Of a stretch of 32,000 bases of DNA, positions 1 to 9,062 are shown in pieces. Each line of letters opens with the position of its first letter. Positions within the stretch are counted from its first letter, which is position 1. This DNA is from Opitutales bacterium. Lineage in GTDB: Bacteria > Verrucomicrobiota > Verrucomicrobiia > Opitutales > PNEW01. Both the position numbers and the translations under genes were made by a program. The DNA is taken from NCBI GenBank assembly GCA_965219535.1, contig CBDCNV010000001.1:960001-992000 (forward strand), given 5' to 3'. Under the pieces are notes generated by a model. It saw only the letters and a program-made list of their open reading frames with translations, made no database searches and was not told the DNA's origin.

Positions 1-1
1 G

Positions 2-826
2 CTGGCTGAGATCTTAAACGGTGGCCAAGCCTTTCGTTGGAATCAAACGAAAGACGGAGATTGGCTTGGACAATGGTCACAATGCATTGCTCGCGTGAGG
101 TTAGATAGTAGTGGTGTCTTGGAATGGTCCTGTCCCCGGAAATTAAAAAGGCGAGTTGCTTCAGAAATTTCACATTACTTTGCGCTCGATATTAATTACC
201 CCGCTATCATTGACCAGCTACCGCATCGAAGTGATGAAGTTATCGCTAATGCACTTGTTCGCTGGGAGGGTTTACGTTTATTACGTCAGCCATTAGCTGA
301 AACCCTTTTGGCTTTCCTCTGCAGTTCTACAAAACGGATCGCACAAATAAAAGTTATTTGTGAAACACTTGCGAATAAATTTGGTGCAGTGGTGATAGAT
401 CAATATAGGACTCTCCCTACTTGGGCTGTGCTTAATGAATTATCTGAAAGTGCATTGCGCACCTGCAAAATGGGTTACCGAGCACGCTATATAAAAGAAA
501 CGGCTAAGATCTTAGCGGAGCAACCGAATTACTTATCGGAGATTGAAACGCTGTCTTTTTCTGAAGCCAGGCGTGCACTCATTGCATTGCCGGGCGTCGG
601 TGAAAAAATAGCTGATTGTGTGCTTCTATTCGGCGTCGGGCGCCTCGAAGCATTTCCTGTGGATGTATGGATGCTTCGAGCGATGGCTAGACTCTATGGA
701 CTTGAAGGATGGAAGCCAAAACAAGTTACTCATTTCGGGAGCACTCACTTTGGGCCTTATGCTGGACTTGCTCAGCAGTATTTATTTGCCGGTGAACGGC
801 GGAGCGCGGACGCGAAAAAGCGATAA
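2..826 (+). CDS. 8-oxoguanine DNA glycosylase (OGG1-type, HhH-GPD superfamily); N-terminus lies outside the window
   Basis: The frame is open to the window edge. In-frame upstream translation reads LAEILNGGQAFRWNQTKDGDWLGQW, which is OGG N-terminal-domain-like. The helix-hairpin-helix/GPD region is LPGVGEKIADCVLLFG...FPVDVW. The stop is at 824-826. Confidence 0.8.
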   Translation: MAEILNGGQAFRWNQTKDGDWLGQWSQCIARVRLDSSGVLEWSCPRKLKRRVASEISHYFALDINYPAIIDQLPHRSDEVIANALVRWEGLRLLRQPLAETLLAFLCSSTKRIAQIKVICETLANKFGAVVIDQYRTLPTWAVLNELSESALRTCKMGYRARYIKETAKILAEQPNYLSEIETLSFSEARRALIALPGVGEKIADCVLLFGVGRLEAFPVDVWMLRAMARLYGLEGWKPKQVTHFGSTHFGPYAGLAQQYLFAGERRSADAKKR

Positions 827-1070
827 TGCGTGAATGTGAAAAAACGGATAGTACGGTGGGATGCAACTATGAGTAAAATTTTTTTCTTATCTTCTTAATC
901 ATCTATTTTATTTCACTTCCGACTTGGAAGATATCGTTGCGCGACTGCGGAACTCGGAACTGGTTATCTAACCTCCTCCATTGTAAATTCAGCATCTTGT
1001 ATCCCGTGTTTTATATCAGTGTTGTTTGATCGCCATTGCTTTAATCTCTAAATTAATGATTTAATTCATA

Positions 1071-2066
1071 ATGAAGAAGACGTTATATCCGATTTTAATG
1101 GTAGGAATAATTTTGGTCATAGGGCTGGGTATTCTCTATCTTCCCCGGGTAATAACGGAAACGAAAAAAGAGACCGTTGAATATAAAAAAACTGACTTAA
1201 GTATCGCAGGATTTCCTCTAACGGTCGTCGACACAATCGGGCGTGATATACTGATAAAAGAAAGACCGAATCAGATCATCTCATTAGCTCCAAGTTTGAC
1301 CCAGACAGTTTTTGCACTCGGTGCTGAAGATCGTCTTGTTGGGAGAACCCGATTCTGTCTCTGGCCACCGGAAGCTGTGGCGATAAAAAGTATTGGAGGC
1401 CCGGCAGTTCCCGAGATCGAGTCGATGCTGGCGTTAAAACCGGACCTGATTCTCGCTACGACATTGACTCCGATCGAGGTTGTGCGACAAATCGAAGCGC
1501 TTGGGGTGCCAATCGTTATTTTTAAACAAGAGGGAGTTGAAGGAACCTTTAGTGATATGCAAGTGATTGGCCGTCTTACTGGAACGGCCGCGCAAGCAGA
1601 CGCGGCAATCCAAAAATTAGAAAAACGCAGGCGTGATCTATCGGAAAAAGTTGACGCGATTGGTCTGCGACCGCGGACCTTATTGCTCTACGGAGTTGAC
1701 GGTTTGTACAGCGCTAAAGTCGGCACATTTCCCAGCGATATGATCGAGTTGGCGGGAGGAGATAATGTCGTCAAGACTACAGCGTCCGATTGGCCTCAGT
1801 TATCGATGGAAAGCATTATTGAGTGGAATCCCGAAATCATTTTAGTTACTTTGCGTATAAGTGGAGAAGAGAATAAACTTGTTGATAATGTTATAGCGGG
1901 TTGGAAAGAAGATACGCGATGGACGACAGTTTCAGCCGTTATAAATCAAAGAATATACATTTTGGATGATACACTTATGTCTGTTCCCGGACCGTTAATG
2001 ATTGAAACGGCAGAGACTATAGCGAAGGTAATTCATCCCGATTTATTTCCACAACATCACCAATGA
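1071..2066 (+). CDS. Periplasmic substrate-binding protein of an iron-siderophore/cobalamin (BtuF/FhuD-type, class III) ABC importer
   Basis: It has an N-terminal hydrophobic anchor or signal (ILMVGIILVIGLGILYL) and a PBP pattern (IISLAPSLTQTVFALGAEDRLVG, LKPDLIL, NPEIILV). Its stop overlaps the ATPase start (ATGA overlap at 2063-2066). Cobalamin specificity is inferred only from the neighbouring riboswitch-controlled receptor. Confidence 0.75.
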   Translation: MKKTLYPILMVGIILVIGLGILYLPRVITETKKETVEYKKTDLSIAGFPLTVVDTIGRDILIKERPNQIISLAPSLTQTVFALGAEDRLVGRTRFCLWPPEAVAIKSIGGPAVPEIESMLALKPDLILATTLTPIEVVRQIEALGVPIVIFKQEGVEGTFSDMQVIGRLTGTAAQADAAIQKLEKRRRDLSEKVDAIGLRPRTLLLYGVDGLYSAKVGTFPSDMIELAGGDNVVKTTASDWPQLSMESIIEWNPEIILVTLRISGEENKLVDNVIAGWKEDTRWTTVSAVINQRIYILDDTLMSVPGPLMIETAETIAKVIHPDLFPQHHQ

Positions 2067-2872
2067 GCAAATCTCTATTGTATAAAGGGAACGGTTTGGT
2101 GGCAGGATACGGCGCTGATCCTGTACTCCATGATTTGAACATTGAGCTTCATGCAGGGGAAATTCTGGGTGTTCTCGGTCCTAATGGATCGGGGAAAAGT
2201 ACACTCATCCGCACATTAACAGGGGCATTGCCTCTTAGCAGTGGAGAAATTTATTTGGATGATCGAAAGGTATCCGATTTCAGCAGACAGGAGCAAGCGC
2301 AACGCGTTGCCGTGGTACCCCAGGCCAGTCCCGTTCTTTTCTCATTTTCGGTTCGCGAAACCGTGGAGATGGGTCGCTATCCGCATGCTGGGTCGTTGAG
2401 TGCCATGCGTGCGAAAGACAATGATGCCGTCACCACAGCCATGCGAGAGGTCGATATCTATCATCTCCAGGACCGTGCAATAGATCAGCTAAGTGGAGGT
2501 GAATGGCAGCGGGTGATGTTGGCGCGTGCTCTCGCCCAACGTTCAAAAGTGCTTCTCCTCGATGAGCCCACCGCTCACCTCGATTTGTCCCACCAGTTAC
2601 AGGTTTTTAAGATAGTGGAAAAGTTGTGCCATGATGATGGAACGGGCGTTCTCTGTGTCTTGCAGGATTTAAACCTGGCGGCTGAATTTTGTGGACGTCT
2701 CATCCTCATGACAGAAGGGCGTATTCTTTTTGAGGGTAAACCTGAAGAGGTAATAACAATAGAAAATTTACGAAAGGTTTATGGAGTTGAGGTTGAGATC
2801 GAGCAAAACCCCTATAGTAATCGACCGATGGTGATTTTTCGCAGCCGCAATGAGAGAGGGGTTACGCAATGA
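2063..2872 (+). CDS. ABC transporter ATP-binding protein (BtuD/FecE/HmuV-type)
   Basis: It carries Walker A GPNGSGKST, ABC signature LSGGEWQR and Walker B LLLDEPTAHLD. It is translationally coupled on both sides by 4-nt ATGA overlaps. Confidence 0.9.
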   Translation: MSKSLLYKGNGLVAGYGADPVLHDLNIELHAGEILGVLGPNGSGKSTLIRTLTGALPLSSGEIYLDDRKVSDFSRQEQAQRVAVVPQASPVLFSFSVRETVEMGRYPHAGSLSAMRAKDNDAVTTAMREVDIYHLQDRAIDQLSGGEWQRVMLARALAQRSKVLLLDEPTAHLDLSHQLQVFKIVEKLCHDDGTGVLCVLQDLNLAAEFCGRLILMTEGRILFEGKPEEVITIENLRKVYGVEVEIEQNPYSNRPMVIFRSRNERGVTQ

Positions 2873-3918
2873 AAGAGGGAAAAACATCTCTAGGAGGTGG
2901 AATCGCATTCTTTACTTTATTTAGCCTCTTACTTCTGTTTTCGATTTGGTTTTCTCTCAGTCTCGGTCAACTGGGTTTCACGCAACCCTCTGAATTGATT
3001 CAAATTTTAAAGGCTCATATGGGGAAGGGACAATTGGAAGGTCCGATGAAAGATCTATCGATTATACTCTGGAAAATACGTCTGCCTCGTATTGCTCTTG
3101 CACTGCTCGTCGGCGCAAATCTCGCTGTCGCTGGGGCCTTAATGCAGGCATTATTTTATAATCCACTGGCTGAACCCTATATCGTCGGTGTCTCAGCAGG
3201 TGCCGCACTCGGCGCGGTAGTCGCGATGATACTTGGATTAGAGGCCGCTCTTTTTGGATTAAATGGGGTCGCGATATTTGCCTTTATCGGAGCAACAGGT
3301 ACTACATTTATTGTTTATCGCGTTGCACAACGCGCGGGTAAGGTATCGATCAGCACCCTGTTGTTAACCGGCATAGCTGTAGGGGGATTAATGCAGGCAC
3401 TTACTACTTTGCTGATTTTACAAGCTGAGCCCTACCATATCCGGAACGTTCTAGCATGGCTCATGGGCAGCCTGGCCTACCGCGATTGGGATTATGTGAT
3501 CGTCCTGCTGCCCTATACACTAGTTGGATTGACTGTAGCCTGTTATCATTACCGCACATTAAACGCACTGGCAACCGGTGAAGAGTCAGCCCATTACCTG
3601 GGAGTAAATGTAGAACGGGCTAAACTCATTCTTCTGTTGGTCGCCTCCTTACTTGCCGCTTCAGCGGTGGCGGTCAGTGGGATAATAGCTTTTGTCGGAT
3701 TAATTGTCCCCCACCTTGTGCGTATACTGCTTGGAGCGAATCATCGTATTCTTATACCTGCTTCTATTCTTGTCGGATCGTTTTTAGTTATGTGGGCAGA
3801 TATTATGGCGCGAACAATAGCTCCAGGTCAGGAGATCCCGATTGGTGTCGTAACAGGTGTTTTAGGTTGCCTCTTTTTCCTGTATTTATTGCGACACTAT
3901 AAAGGCCGTGCTTTATAA
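2869..3918 (+). CDS. FecCD/BtuC-family ABC transporter permease
   Basis: It is a polytopic membrane protein with typical FecCD motifs (IRLPRIALALLVGANLAVAGALMQALFYNPLAEPYIVGVSAGA; IPIGVVTGVLGCLFFLYLL). It is the third gene of the coupled operon. Confidence 0.85.
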   Translation: MKEGKTSLGGGIAFFTLFSLLLLFSIWFSLSLGQLGFTQPSELIQILKAHMGKGQLEGPMKDLSIILWKIRLPRIALALLVGANLAVAGALMQALFYNPLAEPYIVGVSAGAALGAVVAMILGLEAALFGLNGVAIFAFIGATGTTFIVYRVAQRAGKVSISTLLLTGIAVGGLMQALTTLLILQAEPYHIRNVLAWLMGSLAYRDWDYVIVLLPYTLVGLTVACYHYRTLNALATGEESAHYLGVNVERAKLILLLVASLLAASAVAVSGIIAFVGLIVPHLVRILLGANHRILIPASILVGSFLVMWADIMARTIAPGQEIPIGVVTGVLGCLFFLYLLRHYKGRAL

Positions 3919-3990
3919 TATTATGATCCCTGTCTTAGGCTAGTGGACAGGGAAAAATCGAGGGAAAAGTGAAGGGGAGTCCGGTTCTAC

Positions 3991-5814
3991 TTAAAAATTA
4001 TATTTTACACCGGTAAATAGACTTACGTCCGTGGCGGGAAACCCTGCTATGGGTTCGTAATGATCATTAAGGAGATTAACTCCTCGCACCCAGAATTCGA
4101 AATCATTCCAGCTAAGTGTAGCCGACGCTCTAACTGCCAGGTAGTCCTCATGATCACCCTGGATGAAAGTGTTGGGGTTGAGATCTTCCCGGTCAAGAAT
4201 CCAGGTTACGCCAAGATTCAAGTATAGAAAGTCTGTCGGTTGAGCAGTGGCAATTGCATCAAATTGATGTCGTGGGCGACGCAACAGTCGCTTATCGTTG
4301 GCTTCGTCATTGGCTTCCGTATAGGTGTAGTTTAATTGGGTCTGAAGTTGTTTACCTTCATACGCGGTGCTAAGCTCAAGGCCATAGGTTCTGGCAAGTG
4401 CTACATTTTCTACTCGTCCGGTAAATTCAATTTCAGGATCGGGTACAAACTGGATTAAGTCGTCGATCTCATTCCAAAAAACAATACCGGAAAGCTTCCA
4501 GGCTCCGCTATGTATTTTTACCCCGCCTTCCCAGGAGAGACCTCTTTCCGGATTCACATCGGGATTAGAAGATCCCGGGAAGTATAGATCCTGAAAAGTT
4601 GGGATGGAATAGGCTTCACTGACACTGGTATGCAGGTCCAATCCCGCTCTCGGTTGGAAACTGAGACCTGTTCTCCAGGACCAGGCATCCTTAAAGTCGC
4701 TGTAAGTGTCATAACGCACCGCGGTCAGCAAATTCCATTGTTTGTTTGGTTGATACTGACTATGGAGGAAAAAGCCGGCATTGTCCTGGTTTTCATCGAT
4801 AGGTGAAAATCCCTCTCCCAGCACTTCGGTCGTATAAGCTTCTGTTCCCGCAAGTAAAATTAAGGATTCGAATCCGGTGTATGTTGCACTATAGTCTAGC
4901 CGCCAGGTCTTCATTTCCTGTTTATTACCGAAGAATGGACTGATAAAGTCTTGTATCTGCTGGTCGTATGAAAGGTATATTTTATGTTTCCAACTTTCTG
5001 ATGGCTGCCATTCCAACCCTGGTGAAACGATTACACTTTTGGTATCAATATTATCTTCAGGGCTGGGAAAAGAAGTGATTCCCGGAACACCTGCATTTAC
5101 TTCATACCAACCGAATAACAAATCAGTATGGAGTTGGTCACTTTCATAATCAAGTTTCCCTCTGATACCCGTCTGTTTATAGCTGTTATTGGGTCGTTGG
5201 AAATCGGATTCTTCATGCGTAAATGATGCGGTGTAGGATAAATTATTTATCTTCCTCGCACTTGAACCCGAGATTCGGTAAGCGCCATAGGAACCGAATT
5301 CCCCTTCGATATTATGGGTTGGTTCTTCTGAGGGGTCTTTGCTTATAAGATTTACGACACCCCCAATGGCATCGGCGCCATGGGTTGCGGATGAAGGGGA
5401 CTTTACCACCTCTATCCTCTTAATATTATCCATATTTAAATTGGTGTAGTCATAACCTCCCGCTAAATTGGGGGATAATTTTCTTCCATCAATTTGAAGC
5501 TGGGTGTGGTTCGACTCCGTCCCGCGAATAAAGAGGGAAGTCGTTTGTCCTTTCGTCCCTGATTGTGCTATGTGCAGACCTGGAACTGACTGCATAACAT
5601 CGGCAAGCGTAATTATTTTTTTCTTATCTATCTCTGAAGATGTGATGACATCAACTGAAGCTGCAACTTCATCGCTTGGTTGAAGAATGCGTGTAGCGGT
5701 TATAACCATTTCTTCAATTTCGATCGGTTTATCCTGCGCGGATATATCTGACTCCAGTTTGAAAAGAACGGTGATGAATAATCCTACGATGAGTATTTTA
5801 ACTATCTTTATCAT
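3991..5814 (-). CDS. btuB: TonB-dependent outer-membrane receptor, cobalamin (BtuB)-type
   Basis: It has a signal peptide, a TonB-box-like EEMVITATR, plug-domain motifs (IEVVKSPSSATHGADAIGGVVNLISK) and a beta-barrel ending in the terminal aromatic ...GVKYNF. Its length of 607 aa is similar to BtuB. A cobalamin riboswitch sits directly upstream on the same strand. Confidence 0.8.
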   Translation of the reverse strand: MIKIVKILIVGLFITVLFKLESDISAQDKPIEIEEMVITATRILQPSDEVAASVDVITSSEIDKKKIITLADVMQSVPGLHIAQSGTKGQTTSLFIRGTESNHTQLQIDGRKLSPNLAGGYDYTNLNMDNIKRIEVVKSPSSATHGADAIGGVVNLISKDPSEEPTHNIEGEFGSYGAYRISGSSARKINNLSYTASFTHEESDFQRPNNSYKQTGIRGKLDYESDQLHTDLLFGWYEVNAGVPGITSFPSPEDNIDTKSVIVSPGLEWQPSESWKHKIYLSYDQQIQDFISPFFGNKQEMKTWRLDYSATYTGFESLILLAGTEAYTTEVLGEGFSPIDENQDNAGFFLHSQYQPNKQWNLLTAVRYDTYSDFKDAWSWRTGLSFQPRAGLDLHTSVSEAYSIPTFQDLYFPGSSNPDVNPERGLSWEGGVKIHSGAWKLSGIVFWNEIDDLIQFVPDPEIEFTGRVENVALARTYGLELSTAYEGKQLQTQLNYTYTEANDEANDKRLLRRPRHQFDAIATAQPTDFLYLNLGVTWILDREDLNPNTFIQGDHEDYLAVRASATLSWNDFEFWVRGVNLLNDHYEPIAGFPATDVSLFTGVKYNF

Positions 5815-5857
5815 TTCTTATATTATTAAAATCGTTAGTCGCCGTAGAAATGAAGCC

Positions 5858-5894
5858 AACAAAAAGCCTCCATTCCTCAAAGGAGAATGAAGGC
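5858..5894 (-). terminator. Intrinsic terminator forming the expression platform of the cobalamin riboswitch
   Basis: The minus strand reads GCCUUCAUUC-UCCUUUGAG-GAAUGGAGGC followed by UUUUUGUU. This is a 10-bp stem including one G-U pair. It lies 44 nt upstream of the btuB ATG. An alternative imperfect hairpin (5882-5925) overlaps the terminator 5' arm. Confidence 0.7.
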
Positions 5895-5952
5895 TATAAA
5901 AATCATGAATTATAGCTCCTTCTCCTTCTTCGCGAGAGAGAACATGAGCATA

Positions 5953-6087
5953 AAGAAACACGTCTTCTGACTTCCGGCTTTAATCCTACTACCCGTCCTT
6001 CCCCATTTACAGGTGGACAATTGGGTTTCGTATCCGGTTACAGCGGCGCGGCCGCGTCCGATTTTCACGGACTTCCGTTTGTTTCTT
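5953..6087 (-). promoter_or_regulatory. Cobalamin (B12) riboswitch aptamer
   Basis: The minus strand has P1 AAGAAACA...UGUUUCUU. The core is AAACGGAAGUCCGUGAAAAUCGGACGCGGCCGCGCCGCUGUAA, followed by GUCCACCUGUAAAUGGGGAAGGAC. The B12-box-like element is AAGCCGGAAGUCAGAAGAC. The order and spacing of these elements match the cobalamin riboswitch consensus as I recall it. Confidence 0.8.
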
Positions 6088-6212
6088 CACTACATACTGT
6101 TGTAGCAATCAAAGAACTAAAGACAAGCAATCGAAAGAGAGATTATTTGTCAAGAGAAACAATAGGTATTTACAGAATCGGTGCGGTCATCGAGCGGGTA
6201 ATTAATTCTTTT

Positions 6213-6773
6213 TTAAAATACCTCCTTATACCTCGCCATGATAAAAAGCGCATCGCTCAAACGATTTAAATACTGGGTAAGGGTATTTCTAACTTCATGC
6301 CCCTTACTCTTTAAATCGAGAACAAGAATTTCTGCTTCTCTGCATAGTTTGCTGGAAAAATCCAAATGAGCAGCGGCAGCGTTGGAAGAGCCGTATAAAA
6401 TCCACCCCTTAATCTCGTAATTTTCTTTTTCTAAATCATTTGTTAATAGTTCCGCACTCTTTTCCACAAAGTCTAAATCATCATTTTTTAAACAATCGAA
6501 TTTTTCTTGATACTTAACTTTTTCATCATCAGCGGTCGCGATTTCTCCCATAAACTTGATTAAAGATTTTTGAATTTTAAAAAGGATTTCCGAAATATTC
6601 TGATCGGAACACTGCTGCTTATCCAATTGTTGGTGAACGAGCCCCAGAGAAGCGTGCAAGGTGTCTATTTTGCCATTGGCAATGACGCGACAATCATTTT
6701 TTGGAACGCGACCACCCATTAAGAGTGAAGTTTCTCCCTCATCGCCCGTTTTCGTTATTATATTAATGGTCAT
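6213..6773 (-). CDS. ATP:cob(I)alamin adenosyltransferase, PduO/MMAB-type
   Basis: The N-terminal signature is TKTGDEGETSLLMGGRV, followed by a helical-bundle body ending in LNRLSDALFIMAR. The length (186 aa) is typical of stand-alone PduO-type ATR. Confidence 0.85.
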   Translation of the reverse strand: MTINIITKTGDEGETSLLMGGRVPKNDCRVIANGKIDTLHASLGLVHQQLDKQQCSDQNISEILFKIQKSLIKFMGEIATADDEKVKYQEKFDCLKNDDLDFVEKSAELLTNDLEKENYEIKGWILYGSSNAAAAHLDFSSKLCREAEILVLDLKSKGHEVRNTLTQYLNRLSDALFIMARYKEVF

Positions 6774-6874
6774 GACCTTCGATGGTACATTCTAAACTGA
6801 TACAGGATACAGGATGCACGTAATGAATTATGGTCTGGAATAACCATTTTCTAAATCGGCAATCGCAAATCGAA

Positions 6875-7813
6875 TCAGGGCTTCCAGGTCTTCAGCAGCT
6901 TGGCATATTCCCTGGACTGGCCAATGATATCGACCCCGACTTCGTCGGACCAGGCTTTAAGCACTTTCTTATAGATGGGCCCTGGTTTTCCATTGCCTAT
7001 AGGATGAAAATCAAACCGTGTAACAGGGATCATACTGATGGTCGTCGACGTTGACCAGGCTTCATCTGCGGCTCGCACATCATAAGGTTCAAGGTCTGCT
7101 TCGTGGACAGGTATATCGAGTTTAGCGGCCATATCGATGCACATTTGGCGCGACACTCCGCGCAGGATGTGATGCGGTTTCGAGGTGAAAATCTCCCCAT
7201 CCTTGGCGATGAAAAAATTGTTACCTGTCCCCTCCGTTATGAATCCATGTTCATCGGTAAGTAACGCGCCCGCTTTTTTATCCATTTGATTAGCTTGAAA
7301 TCCGGCAATCGCGTAAAATATTCGACTGCGATTTTTGCATTTTGGATCAATGTAGCGCGAGGGAACAGATTGCTGCGCGGGGACAACAACATGCCCTCCC
7401 TTCTCATAGGATTCTACCTGGTTACCGAGATGGCGAATGAGGGGAATCACATTAATGGACACAATGGGATCTGTGCCTTCTTTAATCAGGCTGTCGTAGA
7501 TAGCTAACCCACCTCGGGTGACGTCATGCATGATCTGAAAATCGTAGCCCTCGAGCATGGGTAAATTGCGCTCAATCGTTTGATTGGTGGCATCTTCCAT
7601 TTCGTCAATAGTTAAGGGGCAATCGATATGAGCGTAACGGATAGAGGCATAAAGCCGCTCTAAGTGTTCGCGCAGCCGAAAAGGTACCTGATTAAAAGTG
7701 CGTGTAATTTCAAACACCATATCCCCAACCATCAGCGCACTGTCGAAAATAGATATTCGCGCTTCGGTTTCAGGAATATATGACCCGTTAAAATAGACTA
7801 AACGTTTAGACAT
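6875..7813 (-). CDS. Class IV (fold type IV) PLP aminotransferase (branched-chain / D-amino-acid aminotransferase family)
   Basis: The N-terminus YFNGSYIPETEARISIFDSALMVGDMVFE, the motif ITEGTGNNFFIAKDGEIFT and ILRGVSR are typical of the family. Substrate is not assignable. Confidence 0.75.
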   Translation of the reverse strand: MSKRLVYFNGSYIPETEARISIFDSALMVGDMVFEITRTFNQVPFRLREHLERLYASIRYAHIDCPLTIDEMEDATNQTIERNLPMLEGYDFQIMHDVTRGGLAIYDSLIKEGTDPIVSINVIPLIRHLGNQVESYEKGGHVVVPAQQSVPSRYIDPKCKNRSRIFYAIAGFQANQMDKKAGALLTDEHGFITEGTGNNFFIAKDGEIFTSKPHHILRGVSRQMCIDMAAKLDIPVHEADLEPYDVRAADEAWSTSTTISMIPVTRFDFHPIGNGKPGPIYKKVLKAWSDEVGVDIIGQSREYAKLLKTWKP

Positions 7814-8043
7814 GATTTTCTCCGTTATGTGATAGGATTAATAATTAAAAAGATATAAATTATTTAAAATGTGTATGGCGATCTTTAAAACAGATCGCAA
7901 ATGATTCGGATTATTCTATTATTTATAATTATTATAAATGGTTTCATCATTGTTATTCAATGACTGAATCAAATGAGCTAGTCGACAATACTCTCCATTG
8001 TAGTATACACGTATCAGACTCTAACCCTTATTAACCCTGTCGC

Positions 8044-8916
8044 TCAGATCTCTACCCCTAAGAAGGAACGAATTAAATAACCGATAACGAAGCTAATCAC
8101 GGCCACGATAAGGCTCAGGCTGGCCATTTCAATGAAACGTTTTTTAAATGATACATCATTCACGACCGAGATATAGTAATTAAAAATGGCGATAATCAGA
8201 AATGCCAACCCTAAGGTGCAAGCTAAACAGAGGTATAAATTTTCTAAAATAAGATAGGGAAGGATCAGTATAAACACCGTTATAATATAAGCAATTCCTG
8301 TATATATCGAGGCGGTTACAGGATTTCTGATGTTACCTTCAGTCTTTTTGGATAGATACTCCGATGCTCCCATGGACATGGCTGCAGCGATACCCATGAT
8401 TAAACCCGCGAGAGCGATGAGTTTGGTGTTTTGAAATGCCAGAGTAAGACCCGCTAATGCTCCAGTTAATTCAACGAGTGCGTCATTGAGACCTAATACC
8501 ATGGAACCTAAATAGCGAAGCCGTTCTTCCTCCAGAAGCGTGATCAATGAATTTTCATGTTCTTTCTCATCCTGAATCATGGCATCCACTTCTTGAAAAG
8601 TCCCACGCAAATGTTCGTAGCTATCAATGGCGCGAACTTCCTCCTTCTCCATGAGTTTGATGCCGAAAGTCATCCCAAATATTCTGCTGATTAATAAATA
8701 TCTCCAAACTTTCAGTTTATCAGGCGAAACTTCCTGCTCGGTATGTGTCCGCCAGTCCCGGTAATGGCTCAGTTCATCGTCCGCTATCTTACCTAAAATA
8801 CGCTGATTTTCAGGAGATTTGGCGGTCTTGGCTAATCGCCTGTAAACATGGTGTTCAGTAATCTCATCTCTCTGGTAAACCAGCAACTTTTCACGCGTCT
8901 CTTCACTAATACTCAT
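8044..8916 (-). CDS. MbfA-like membrane-bound ferritin: N-terminal ferritin/erythrin-like domain fused to a VIT1/CCC1 iron/manganese transporter domain
   Basis: The N-terminal di-iron-type motifs are EITEHHVY and DDELSHY. The VIT1 signatures are VLGLNDALVELTGALAGL and MGASEYLS, followed by TM helices. An AGGA RBS sits upstream of the ATG. Confidence 0.7.
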   Translation of the reverse strand: MSISEETREKLLVYQRDEITEHHVYRRLAKTAKSPENQRILGKIADDELSHYRDWRTHTEQEVSPDKLKVWRYLLISRIFGMTFGIKLMEKEEVRAIDSYEHLRGTFQEVDAMIQDEKEHENSLITLLEEERLRYLGSMVLGLNDALVELTGALAGLTLAFQNTKLIALAGLIMGIAAAMSMGASEYLSKKTEGNIRNPVTASIYTGIAYIITVFILILPYLILENLYLCLACTLGLAFLIIAIFNYYISVVNDVSFKKRFIEMASLSLIVAVISFVIGYLIRSFLGVEI

Positions 8917-9062
8917 TTCAATCCTAAATATTGACGATTACCTATGGACAAGCAAACAAGAAGGTGATCTGTCTCGATAAAAATATGAATTTATCCCTTT
9001 CCCTCTCGGCGAATAATGCTTAGATTGGAACGACAATAATAATCTAACTTGGAAGGTATACG

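Noticed and set aside
618-833. 71-aa + strand ORF overlapping the end of the OGG gene
   Set aside because: It lies in an alternative frame entirely inside a well-supported HhH-GPD coding region. It has no recognisable motifs and Cys/Leu-rich composition typical of an off-frame translation.
827-1070. Possible second cobalamin riboswitch upstream of the btuF-like operon
   Set aside because: I read both strands and found no GGUG..AAUCC..CCCGCCACUG core and no B12 box. Only a trivial 5-bp hairpin (CTTCC-GACTT-GGAAG) is present.
3928-3952. Hairpin CCCTGTC-N11-GACAGGG between the convergent permease and btuB genes as a bidirectional terminator
   Set aside because: The 7-bp stem exists, but neither strand has a U-tract 3' of the hairpin; the A/T runs are on the wrong sides. 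It is too weak to call.
5687-5890. 67-aa + strand ORF across the btuB start
   Set aside because: It is antisense to the btuB signal peptide and TonB box and to the riboswitch terminator, so the btuB gene and terminator already account for this stretch.
6021-6269. 82-aa + strand ORF between btuB and the adenosyltransferase
   Set aside because: It lies antisense to the cobalamin riboswitch aptamer and overlaps the 3' end of the PduO-type gene. It has no RBS and no family resemblance.
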